Shown piece after piece: positions 28,613 through 36,674 of a DNA stretch of 52,923 nucleotides. The DNA lies in NCBI GenBank assembly GCA_035537395.1, contig DATLME010000114.1, forward strand, positions 1 through 52,923. Direction: 5' to 3'. The stretch is from Sphingomonas sp. (GTDB taxonomy: Bacteria > Pseudomonadota > Alphaproteobacteria > Sphingomonadales > Sphingomonadaceae). Positions within the stretch are counted from its first letter, which is position 1. Every line of letters begins with the position of its first letter. The translations under genes were made by a program, and so were the position numbers. The notes below the pieces were generated by a model. That model saw only the letters and a list, made by a program, of their open reading frames with translations, was not told where the DNA came from and did not search any database.

Positions 28613-29140
28613 TCAGCCGTTCCAGCGATCGACCGCGCGGTCGTAGGCCTGCTGTTCGGCGTCGCGATCGTCTTCGATCCGGCGTCGTTCGGCGGCGTGC
28701 GCGGCAGTCAGCGCGCGACGCTCCTGCGCCAGCTCGGCCTCGCGGCGGGCAAGCTCCTGCAGCTGTTCGCGCTGTGCCGCTGCCAGCGCTTCAACCGCCT
28801 GTTCGGCTTTCTCCAGCTTGGCCCGGCTCGGCCTCGGCTTGCGGGGCGCCGGCGCGGCGGCCGGCTTTGCGCGTGGCCGCGGCGGCGTGCGCTCGACGTC
28901 CGGCGGCAATGCCGCGAACTGCTCCTCGGTAGTGCCGCGCAGCTGCTTGATCACGGTTCCGGGGGCGGCGATTAGCGCCTCGGCAAGCGGCGTCGCGTCG
29001 ACCTGCTCCGCCGCACCGCGCGCGAACAGGTTCTTGTCGCTGCCCCACGCCTCGAGCGCGGCCTTCTGGCTCGGCGCCGCGACATAGGCGTCGTGGAAGC
29101 CGATCGCGGTCCGATAGATTTTGAGCTTCGCCCCCGCCAT
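28613..29140 (-). CDS. conserved hypothetical protein with coiled-coil C-terminus
   Basis: KLKIYRTAIGFHDAYVAAPSQKAALEAWGSDKNLF N-domain plus E/R/A-rich helix. Confidence 0.75.
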   Translation of the reverse strand: MAGAKLKIYRTAIGFHDAYVAAPSQKAALEAWGSDKNLFARGAAEQVDATPLAEALIAAPGTVIKQLRGTTEEQFAALPPDVERTPPRPRAKPAAAPAPRKPRPSRAKLEKAEQAVEALAAAQREQLQELARREAELAQERRALTAAHAAERRRIEDDRDAEQQAYDRAVDRWNG

Positions 29141-29165
29141 CCGGATCAGCCCTCCCGCACCGGAC

Positions 29166-29190
29166 GACGCGCGCAGGGGCCGGTTGTTCC
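29166..29190 (-). promoter_or_regulatory. ECF-type promoter
   Basis: GGAAC-N16-CGTC. Confidence 0.45.
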
Positions 29191-29192
29191 TT

Positions 29193-29966
29193 TCAGCCCG
29201 CCGGCGCGGCGCCGCCGTGGAGATAGCCCGGATCGAAGCCGCCCAGCGCGGCCAGCCTCGCCCAGTCGTGGATCCGGAGCGCGCCGGCGTGGAGATCGAG
29301 CAGGCCGTCGCGCCGCAACTCCTGCAACGCGCGGTTGGTGTGGATCGAGGTCAGTGCGCAGGCGTCGCCGAGATCCGCCTGCGTCAGCGGAAACGCGCAC
29401 CCGCTCGCATCCGCCAGCCCGACATGCGTCAGCCGGGTGTGCAGCTCGCACAACAGATGCGCGATCCGCCGGTCCGCCGCACGCTGGCCGACATTGATTG
29501 TCCACGCGCGCTGGATCGACGCATTGGTCATCGATTCCCACCATAGCGCCTGGCTCAGCCGCGGCTGGTTGCGCGACAGGTCGGTAAGCGCCTGGCGGCT
29601 GACGGACGCGACCCGCACCGGCCCGATCGCGGCGATCGGCTGGTCCATTCGCTGCATCAGGAACGCGTCGAAGTCGCACACGTCGCCGGGCAGGTAGAAG
29701 GCGACGATCCGCCGCTTGCCGGTATCGAGCGTCGCAAAACGACAGGCCCAGCCCTCCATGATCACCTGGATCTCGGCCGGCGGCACGTCGCGATCGGCCA
29801 GCAACGCCCGGTGCCTGACCTGCCGGACGCTGCGGCTCAGCAAGCCGGCCAGCGCCGCCTGTTCGCCCGGGTCGAGGGCGATGTGATGACCGAGCTTGCG
29901 AGCAAGCATGCCGATCGGCGGTACCGGCCCGACGTCCGCCAGGCTGAGCGAAGACAGTGGCTTCAT
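29193..29966 (-). CDS. Crp/Fnr family transcriptional regulator
   Basis: GKRRIVAFYLPGDVCD; RIAHLLCEL; HTH LTQADLGDACALTSIHTNRALQELR. Confidence 0.9.
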   Translation of the reverse strand: MKPLSSLSLADVGPVPPIGMLARKLGHHIALDPGEQAALAGLLSRSVRQVRHRALLADRDVPPAEIQVIMEGWACRFATLDTGKRRIVAFYLPGDVCDFDAFLMQRMDQPIAAIGPVRVASVSRQALTDLSRNQPRLSQALWWESMTNASIQRAWTINVGQRAADRRIAHLLCELHTRLTHVGLADASGCAFPLTQADLGDACALTSIHTNRALQELRRDGLLDLHAGALRIHDWARLAALGGFDPGYLHGGAAPAG

Positions 29967-30041
29967 GCCGGAGATACGGGCCGGATCCCGAAAAGCGGCA
30001 CCGATCGCAAAAAAACACCGTCGCCGTTGCCGGCGCCGCGC

Positions 30042-30371
30042 CTATTGCTGGATGGTGAGCGAGCGCATCAACGTCCGTTCGATTGGCGTATCGAAGCGGC
30101 AGCCGATCGAGTCTTCCTGCCGCCAGACGATCGTCGCGGCGATCGGCAGGCTGCCATCCAGCCGCAGCCAGACCCGGTCGGCACCCAGCGACGCCGCCGG
30201 AAAGGCCAGCCGGCACCCGTAGATCGAGACATCGCACAGGAACGCGGCGAGCGGCTCGGCGCCATGACCGCGCACCGTCGCGCGCGAGATCTCGACGCGG
30301 TGGCGCGGCGCGGCGCGACGATCGAGCGCCGCTGCGTCCACCTTGCGAAATTGCGACGTCCTCGTAGCCAT
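30042..30371 (-). CDS. single-domain PilZ (c-di-GMP receptor) protein
   Basis: RRAAPR (RxxxR), DVSIYG (DxSxxG), IVWRQ...GCRF. Confidence 0.88.
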   Translation of the reverse strand: MATRTSQFRKVDAAALDRRAAPRHRVEISRATVRGHGAEPLAAFLCDVSIYGCRLAFPAASLGADRVWLRLDGSLPIAATIVWRQEDSIGCRFDTPIERTLMRSLTIQQ

Positions 30372-30414
30372 TGCCGGTCGTCCCCCTCTGGGCACCACCG
30401 TAGGACGACAATCC

Positions 30415-30429
30415 TTAACAAGACGTTGA
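30415..30429. promoter_or_regulatory. CtrA-box-like site upstream of the PilZ gene
   Basis: TTAA-N7-TTGA; also part of an inverted repeat at 30411-30433. Confidence 0.4.
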
Positions 30430-30432
30430 GGA

Positions 30433-30753
30433 TCAGCGATCCGGGAGCTGCGCCCGCACCGCGGAGGCGATCAGCCCGGCGCCCTCGCTGCCCCACCACA
30501 CATCCATCTGGATCCGCGCGACCGTGCCGAAGCTGCGCACGTCGAATTGCGACTGCAGGTCGGTCAGTCCGACCACCTGCCGCCTGGTCGGTCCGGCGAA
30601 CGGCAGGCCCGATCCGCGGATCACCGAAAGATCAGCATCCGACAATGGCGAGCCGGCGAAAGGTGCGAGCGTTGCGGGTGGCTCGGCCCGGGCAGTCGAA
30701 CCCAAGCCGATCGCCGCAGCTACCGCCAGAACAATTGAGGTGGAGTTGCGCAT
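30433..30753 (-). CDS. secreted hypothetical protein
   Basis: signal peptide ending ARA; PLSDADLSVIRG motif; GGAGA RBS. Confidence 0.65.
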   Translation of the reverse strand: MRNSTSIVLAVAAAIGLGSTARAEPPATLAPFAGSPLSDADLSVIRGSGLPFAGPTRRQVVGLTDLQSQFDVRSFGTVARIQMDVWWGSEGAGLIASAVRAQLPDR

Positions 30754-30785
30754 GATTATCTCCGGCCACGTCCCCGACCCAATGC

Positions 30786-30810
30786 AACGCCACGGTACCG
30801 CCGATGTTCC
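30786..30810 (-). promoter_or_regulatory. EcfG/SigT-type promoter
   Basis: exact GGAAC-N16-CGTT. Confidence 0.65.
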
Positions 30811-30946
30811 TATTGATCAGGCGCAGTAAAGCCGCGAACTGTGCCCCGCGGGGACTCCCCCCGCGCCGATTGAAGCAGCGATCGGCCGCCCCATATCGGT
30901 GCTTCGCGCCAGGCACTCGCCGTTCGGCGCCAGCGGGAATCATCGA

Positions 30947-32311
30947 GTGAGCGATCGTAGCGGCGACAAGGGGCGAGCGGTGCCCAGCGGTCGATTGTCC
31001 CGGCTCGGGGTATTCGGCCGGATGGCGGGCGGCGTCGCCGGCGGGGTCGTCGCCGAAGGCGCGCGGCGGCTCGCGAGCGGCGAGCGGCCGAAGCTCGGCG
31101 ACCTGCTGCTGACCCCGGCCAACGCCACCCGCGTCGCGGATCAGCTCTCGCATCTGCGCGGTGCGGCGATGAAGCTCGGGCAGATGATCTCGATGGATGC
31201 CGGCGAGATGCTGCCGCCAGAGCTCGCGACCATCCTCGCGCGCCTTCGCAACAACGCGCACCACATGCCGCCGCAACAGCTCGACAAGGTGCTGATCGCG
31301 GAATGGGGGCGCGACTGGCGCCGTCGGTTCGCGCAGTTCCAGGCCCATCCGGTCGCCGCGGCGTCGATTGGCCAGGTCCACCGCGCGCGCCTGCCCGACG
31401 GGCGGACGCTCGCGATCAAGGTACAATATCCCGGGGTCAAGCAGAGCATCGATGCCGACATCGACAACGTCGCGACGCTGCTCCGCGTGTCCGGCGTCCT
31501 GCCGGATGGCCTCGACATCGCGCCGCTGCTCGCCGAGGCGAAGCGCCAGCTGCACGAGGAGGCGGATTATCTGCGGGAGGGCGCGATGCTGACCCGCTAC
31601 GCAACGCTGCTCGACGGCTCGCCGGACTTCGTGGTGCCGGAACTGCATGACGAACTGACCACGCCCAACGTGCTGGCGATGACCTTCGTCGAGGGCGTGC
31701 CGGTGGAAGCGCTGGAAGACGCCACGCAGGAGGTGCGCGACAGGGTCATGCACGGCCTGATCGCGCTGACCCTGCGTGAATTGCTCGACTGGGGCCTGAT
31801 GCAGACCGACCCCAACTTCGCCAACTACCGCTGGCAGGCGGACACCGGGCGGGTGGTGTTGCTCGATTTCGGCGCGACCCGCGCGGTGCCCGTCGCGACG
31901 GCGGAGGGCTATCGCCGGCTGCTCCTCGCCGGCCTCGACGGCGACCGCGACGCGGTCCGCGATGCCGCGGTCGCCGCAGGGTTTCTCGGCGAACCAGCGG
32001 TGCTGCGCCACCGTGCGCTGGTCGACCGCATGATCGACGTGATCCTCGGCGTGCTCCACCGCCCCGGCCCGTTCGACTTCGGCGACCGTGCGTTCGTCGC
32101 GGTCCTCCGCGATCAGGGGCTCGAAATGGCGCGCGACCGCGACAGCTGGCACGTCCCGCCGGTCGACACGTTGTTCGTGCAGCGCAAGATCAGCGGCACG
32201 GCGTTGCTGGCGGCACGACTGAAGGCACGCGTGGATATTCGCGCCATGCTGGCGGGGTATGCCGGGGTAAAAGATAGCATCGCTACTCCCCCAGCCGTTC
32301 GCCTCGAGTAG
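30947..32311 (+). CDS. AarF/ABC1/UbiB atypical kinase family protein
   Basis: GAAMKLGQ, AAASIGQVH, AIKVQYPG, QTDPNFANY, LLDFGA. Confidence 0.92.
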   Translation: MSDRSGDKGRAVPSGRLSRLGVFGRMAGGVAGGVVAEGARRLASGERPKLGDLLLTPANATRVADQLSHLRGAAMKLGQMISMDAGEMLPPELATILARLRNNAHHMPPQQLDKVLIAEWGRDWRRRFAQFQAHPVAAASIGQVHRARLPDGRTLAIKVQYPGVKQSIDADIDNVATLLRVSGVLPDGLDIAPLLAEAKRQLHEEADYLREGAMLTRYATLLDGSPDFVVPELHDELTTPNVLAMTFVEGVPVEALEDATQEVRDRVMHGLIALTLRELLDWGLMQTDPNFANYRWQADTGRVVLLDFGATRAVPVATAEGYRRLLLAGLDGDRDAVRDAAVAAGFLGEPAVLRHRALVDRMIDVILGVLHRPGPFDFGDRAFVAVLRDQGLEMARDRDSWHVPPVDTLFVQRKISGTALLAARLKARVDIRAMLAGYAGVKDSIATPPAVRLE

Positions 32312-32374
32312 CCGTCGAGCTTGCCGAGACGGCGTATCGAGAGGCCGCCTCGCGGGGCGACGTCTCTCGATACG
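32295..32374. repeat. compound palindromic intergenic repeat
   Basis: GCCGTC/GACGGC (32311-32333) and CGTATCGAGAG/CTCTCGATACG (32333-32343/32364-32374). Confidence 0.5.
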
Positions 32375-32397
32375 GGATATGGTCGATCGTGGTCGCG

Positions 32398-32958
32398 CTA
32401 GCCCCCGAAGCCCCGTCCCCCGAAGCCACCACCGAACCCTCCGCGCGAGATTACCGAGCTGCGCGACTGCACCCGTGCCGGCGCGCGCGCCGCCGGATTG
32501 AACGCGTCGGACCCCACCCGCGTGCGGCCGCTGACATAATCGCGGCTGATCCGGTTGCCCGCACCGCCGATGAAGTTGCCGCTGCGATCGCGGTACATCG
32601 GTGCCCCGCGATAGCCGCCGCCGCCGTTGAGCATCTGGCCGACCAGGAAACCCGTCAGCAGCGGCGTGAAGAAGCTGCCATTGTTGCGCGGGACGCATTG
32701 CGAGACGCCATATTGCTCCTCGCAGGTCTGGCGGTCGCCATAGCGCGGGGCGTTCTGGTCATTGGCCTTCTGCGCCTGCTCGAACGCGGTCTGGCACTGA
32801 TCCGCCGGGATCTTCGCCGCGGTGCGGCATTCGGCGACGCTGGTATAGCTCAGCGCGTCGACCGGCTTGCCGCCGGTGTCCGCTCCCTCGCAGGCCGTCA
32901 GCGACAGCCCGGTGCCGGCCATCAGGGTGGTGAGGACGATCGATTGCGAACGCTTCAT
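32398..32958 (-). CDS. DUF1190 (YjfM/YgiB-like) lipoprotein
   Basis: lipobox LTAC; Y.SVAEC...C...APRY....CEEQYG; F.PLLTGFLVG; SRGGFGG tail. Confidence 0.85.
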   Translation of the reverse strand: MKRSQSIVLTTLMAGTGLSLTACEGADTGGKPVDALSYTSVAECRTAAKIPADQCQTAFEQAQKANDQNAPRYGDRQTCEEQYGVSQCVPRNNGSFFTPLLTGFLVGQMLNGGGGYRGAPMYRDRSGNFIGGAGNRISRDYVSGRTRVGSDAFNPAARAPARVQSRSSVISRGGFGGGFGGRGFGG

Positions 32959-32971
32959 CTGGCGAACTCCC

Positions 32972-33388
32972 TCAAGCGCTCATGCAGGCGGCGTTGAGCA
33001 GCCCGACGCCGAGCGAGATGCTCGCCATGTAGATCGCCGCGGCCAGCTCGCCACGCACGATGCGGTCGCTGAAATCGCGCATCACCACCGCGCGCACGAT
33101 GGTGAAGGCGACGATCTGGATGACGCCGGCGAGCAGCGCCCACACCGCGAATTCGAGCAGGCTGACGGTATGCTCCAGCGCCGAGGCGAGCGGGAAGATA
33201 TAGCCGAGCAGCGCCGCGCCGAGCGTGACCGCTGCCGCGATGTTGCCGTCGCGGATCAGTGTGCGCTCGTTATAGGGCGTCGCCCACTGGTAGATCAGCT
33301 TGAACGCGATCGTGAACAGCCCTGCCGCCACGAACGCGACGACGAACGCCAGCGCGCTCGCAACGAAACTATAGTCACCCGTCATCAT
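32972..33388 (-). CDS. DUF350 (YjfL-like) membrane protein; start uncertain
   Basis: TPYNERTLIRDGNIAAAV; 4 TM helices; VGLLNAACMS. Confidence 0.85.
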   Translation of the reverse strand: MMTGDYSFVASALAFVVAFVAAGLFTIAFKLIYQWATPYNERTLIRDGNIAAAVTLGAALLGYIFPLASALEHTVSLLEFAVWALLAGVIQIVAFTIVRAVVMRDFSDRIVRGELAAAIYMASISLGVGLLNAACMSA

Positions 33389-33395
33389 CGTCCCC

Positions 33396-34031
33396 TCAGG
33401 CGCGAAACTCACCCAGCTCGAGCGCCATGCCTAGCATGATTTCGAACGAAACCTCTCTCGCTTCGGTCTCCATGTCGATCGCGAGCAGCAATTCGCGGCC
33501 GTCACCCTCGACGTCGCGGCCGAACAACATGCAGGTCTGGAAGATGCGCCGGTCGACGATGCCGTCGCGGTCGTCGTGGAGGTCCTCCCAGAAGGTCACC
33601 GGCTCCTGCCGCGCGGCCTCGTCACCGAACCAGGCGCGGCGATATTCGGGCAGGCCCTCGTCGGTGAAGCTCGGCGCCATGAGGCGCTCGCGCCAGGCGG
33701 GGCGCTCGCCCGGCGTGCTCGGATAGATGCTCCGCCACGGCGCGAACAGCGTCACGTCGGTCAGCGCGTTCGCCTCGCGGTCGTCCGACACCGCCTGGAA
33801 CATGACATCGTCGTCGGTGTAGTAGCGATGGATGTAGCCGCCGCCGTCGAGCGCCACGATTCCCTGCGCGACGATCTGCAACGTGTCCGAATCGAACGGA
33901 AAGTGCAGCGCACCGCCGAACCGTCGCCACGCCAGCGGGTCGAGCACCACGGTGCGGCCGATGGTGACGTTGCGGGCTGCGGCCAGCGCTGGTTCTGCGG
34001 CCCGGGGGCGGCCGAAAAGACGGTCGAACAT
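33396..34031 (-). CDS. DUF2491 (YjfK-like) protein
   Basis: MFDRLFG; HRYYTDDD.MFQ; QTCMLFGR; operon context. Confidence 0.75.
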   Translation of the reverse strand: MFDRLFGRPRAAEPALAAARNVTIGRTVVLDPLAWRRFGGALHFPFDSDTLQIVAQGIVALDGGGYIHRYYTDDDVMFQAVSDDREANALTDVTLFAPWRSIYPSTPGERPAWRERLMAPSFTDEGLPEYRRAWFGDEAARQEPVTFWEDLHDDRDGIVDRRIFQTCMLFGRDVEGDGRELLLAIDMETEAREVSFEIMLGMALELGEFRA

Positions 34032-34147
34032 GGCTGATCCTCGCTGCCTGGCGTCCTCCCATAGGCGCCTCTGGTGACCGCAGGAAGGGTGGCGCGTCCC
34101 TCCGAAAGCCCTATGTAGGCGACGAGCATCACGGGAACCGCAAACGC

Positions 34148-34582
34148 ATGACCGACACCGCCTGGACCGTCCGCAGCCTGAAGGCCGCCCTCGAGACGAG
34201 CGAGGCCGCGCAAAGCGGTGAATTCGGGCTGCGCATCGTCGAGGGCGCCGATCCGGTGCTGCTGGTCACGATGCACCAGCACGGCGATCTCGAGGCCTTC
34301 GTCAACGTCAGCGAGGCGCAGATCGCGGCCTCGGTGCTGCTGTGGCCCTGCGACGAACAGGATGATCGCCACCAGTTCAACGAATTCCTGCTGAAGGCGC
34401 AGAAGCTGGTGCCGCTGTCGAATTTCGGCATCGCCACGGTCGACGGCCGCGACTTCTACGAGCTGTTCGGCGAACTCGCGACCACCTCGCCGCTCGACAC
34501 CGTGGTGATCGAGCTGCGCGCGCTTGCCGAAAACGCGATCGAGGCGGCGACCGACCTGCGTGCGGCATTCGCACCCGCCTGA
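34148..34582 (+). CDS. YjfI (DUF2170) family protein
   Basis: FNEFLLKAQKLVPLSNFGI...YELFGEL...LAENAI. Confidence 0.8.
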   Translation: MTDTAWTVRSLKAALETSEAAQSGEFGLRIVEGADPVLLVTMHQHGDLEAFVNVSEAQIAASVLLWPCDEQDDRHQFNEFLLKAQKLVPLSNFGIATVDGRDFYELFGELATTSPLDTVVIELRALAENAIEAATDLRAAFAPA

Positions 34583-34620
34583 TCCATACCGCCCGACATT
34601 TTTCGCCTGGAGACAATCAA

Positions 34621-35349
34621 GTGGCTATCTGGAGCAAATTGTTCACGCTCGGCCGGGCCGGCGCCAACGAAGTCGCGGGCTCGGTCGTCGATGCCAACGC
34701 GCTGCGCATCCTCGACCAGGAAATCCGCGACGCCGACAAGGCACAGGGCAAGGCGCGTGACGATCTCGCCGGGCTCGTCGCCCGCCGACGCATCCTCGAA
34801 ACCGAGGTCGAGAGCTTTCGCGCGCAGGCCGCCAAATACGAGAATTCGGCGCGGATCGCGATGGAAAAGGGCGACATGGACCTCGCCCGCCAGGTCGCGC
34901 AGCGGATCGCCGACCTCGAACAGGAAGTCTCGATGAAGGCGCCGCAAGTCGCCGACATGCGCGCCGCCGAGGACAATATCCACAAGGCAGTCGCCGCGAC
35001 CGATCGCAAGATCGAGCAGCTCCGCCGTGAGGTCGAGGTCGTGAAGGTCAACGAGTCGGTGCAGAAGGCGCAGGCGACGGTTGCGGCAGGCGGCGCTGGA
35101 TCGTCGCTCGGCTCGGCGGCGGACAGCCTGGCGCGGATCCGTGAACGCCAGCTGATCCGCGGCGAGAAGATCCGCGCCGCGGGCGAGCTCGAGGATCGCC
35201 GCACCGGCGCCGATCTCGACGAAAAGCTGCGGCTTGCGGGGATCCTCCCGGGCCAGTCGTCGGCGGACGACGTGCTTGCGCGGCTCAGCCCGCCAAAGCC
35301 GACGCTGCAGATCGAGCAGCGCGACCCTACCAAGACCAGCGACGGCTGA
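34621..35349 (+). CDS. PspA/IM30 family protein (YjfJ-like)
   Basis: amphipathic IWSKLFT; DANALRILDQEIRDA; long coiled coil; LDEKL...GI...ADDVLARL. Confidence 0.9.
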   Translation: MAIWSKLFTLGRAGANEVAGSVVDANALRILDQEIRDADKAQGKARDDLAGLVARRRILETEVESFRAQAAKYENSARIAMEKGDMDLARQVAQRIADLEQEVSMKAPQVADMRAAEDNIHKAVAATDRKIEQLRREVEVVKVNESVQKAQATVAAGGAGSSLGSAADSLARIRERQLIRGEKIRAAGELEDRRTGADLDEKLRLAGILPGQSSADDVLARLSPPKPTLQIEQRDPTKTSDG

Positions 35350-35368
35350 GCGGTTGCGTCGTCTGGCG

Positions 35369-36517
35369 ATGACCCCGCGCGCCGACTGGCGCGACAAGGC
35401 GGAGGCGATCGGCTTCGTCTATCATGGCGCGGGCGGGGATCCCTATTGGGACGAGAGCGCAGCCTATGCGTTCACGCTGCGCGAGATCGACGAGGATCTC
35501 GAGCCTGCCGCTGCGGATCTGCACGCCATGTGCCTGGCGCTGGTCGACGAGGTGGTGCGCGACGAGGCATTGCTGACCCGGCTCGCGATCCCGCGCGAGC
35601 ATCACGCGCTCGTGGCGGAAAGCTGGCGGACGCGGCAGCCCTCGCTCTACGGCCGGTTCGACTTCGCCTATGACGGCAGCGCGCCGCCCAAGCTCTACGA
35701 ATACAACGCCGACACCCCGACATCGGTGTTCGAATGCGCGACCTTCCAGTGGCTGTGGCTCGAGGAGATGATCGCCGCGGGCACGCTGCCGGCGGGGTCC
35801 GACCAGTTCAACAGCCTGTTCGACAAGCTCCGCGCCCGCTTCGCGGCGATCTTCCCGCAGGGCGGCTTCGTCCATTTCGCGGCGGACGCGAGCGCGGTCG
35901 AGGATCGCCAGACGGTTCGCTTCTTCGAGGATCTGGCTACGCAGGCCGGGATCGAACCCAAGTTCGTCGAGATGCACGAGATCGGGCTCAATGCGACCGG
36001 GCAATATGTCGATTCCGACGGGTTCGAGCTGCAGGCCGCGTTCAAGCTCTACCCGTGGGAATTGATGTTCCGCGAACCCTATGCCGCCAATCTGCTGCGC
36101 GCCGGCGTGCGCTGGATCGAGCCCGCGTGGAAGGCGGTGCTGTCGAACAAGGGGCTGCTGCCGCTGCTCTGGGCGCGCCACGAGGGTCATCCCAATCTGC
36201 TGCCCGCGTTCTTCGACGACGATCCCGCCGCGGCGTCGCTCGGCAGCGACTTCGTCCGCAAGCCGATCTTCTCGCGCGAGGGCGCCAATGTCGCGGTAAC
36301 CCGCGACGGCGTCGACGAGCCGGTGATCGACCAGGGCTACGGCGCCGAGGGCCACATCCGCCAGGCGCTCCTCCCCCCGCCGGTGTTCGACGACCGCCAC
36401 GTCGTCGTCGGTGCGTGGATCGTCGGCGAGGAACCCGCCGGCATCGGCATCCGCGAAGACAGCCAGATGGTGACCCGCGACATGGCAAGGTTCGTCCCGC
36501 ACTTTATCGAGGGGTAG
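35369..36517 (+). CDS. glutathionylspermidine synthase family ATP-grasp protein (YjfC/YgiC-like)
   Basis: YWDES..Y.F, LYGRFDF, EYNADTPTS, FKLYPWE, IEPAWKAVLSNKG, KPIFSREGAN, RFVPH. Confidence 0.92.
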   Translation: MTPRADWRDKAEAIGFVYHGAGGDPYWDESAAYAFTLREIDEDLEPAAADLHAMCLALVDEVVRDEALLTRLAIPREHHALVAESWRTRQPSLYGRFDFAYDGSAPPKLYEYNADTPTSVFECATFQWLWLEEMIAAGTLPAGSDQFNSLFDKLRARFAAIFPQGGFVHFAADASAVEDRQTVRFFEDLATQAGIEPKFVEMHEIGLNATGQYVDSDGFELQAAFKLYPWELMFREPYAANLLRAGVRWIEPAWKAVLSNKGLLPLLWARHEGHPNLLPAFFDDDPAAASLGSDFVRKPIFSREGANVAVTRDGVDEPVIDQGYGAEGHIRQALLPPPVFDDRHVVVGAWIVGEEPAGIGIREDSQMVTRDMARFVPHFIEG

Positions 36518-36536
36518 CTGAGCGATCGCCCCCCTC

Positions 36537-36621
36537 TCGTCATCCCGGCGAAGGCCGGGACCCAGAGTTACAAGGCCGGTCGCTGCTTGGCCCTGGGTCC
36601 TGACTTCCGTCAGGATGACGA
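36537..36621. repeat. CGTC-type REP/RIME-like palindromic element
   Basis: TCGTCATCCCGGCGAAGGCCGGGACCCAG ... CTGGGTCCTGACTTCCGTCAGGATGACGA. Confidence 0.8.
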
Positions 36622-36674
36622 ATGTGTCGCGCGAATCGCTATCGCCTCGCCGCCCGGCGCGATAGCGGGGCGTC

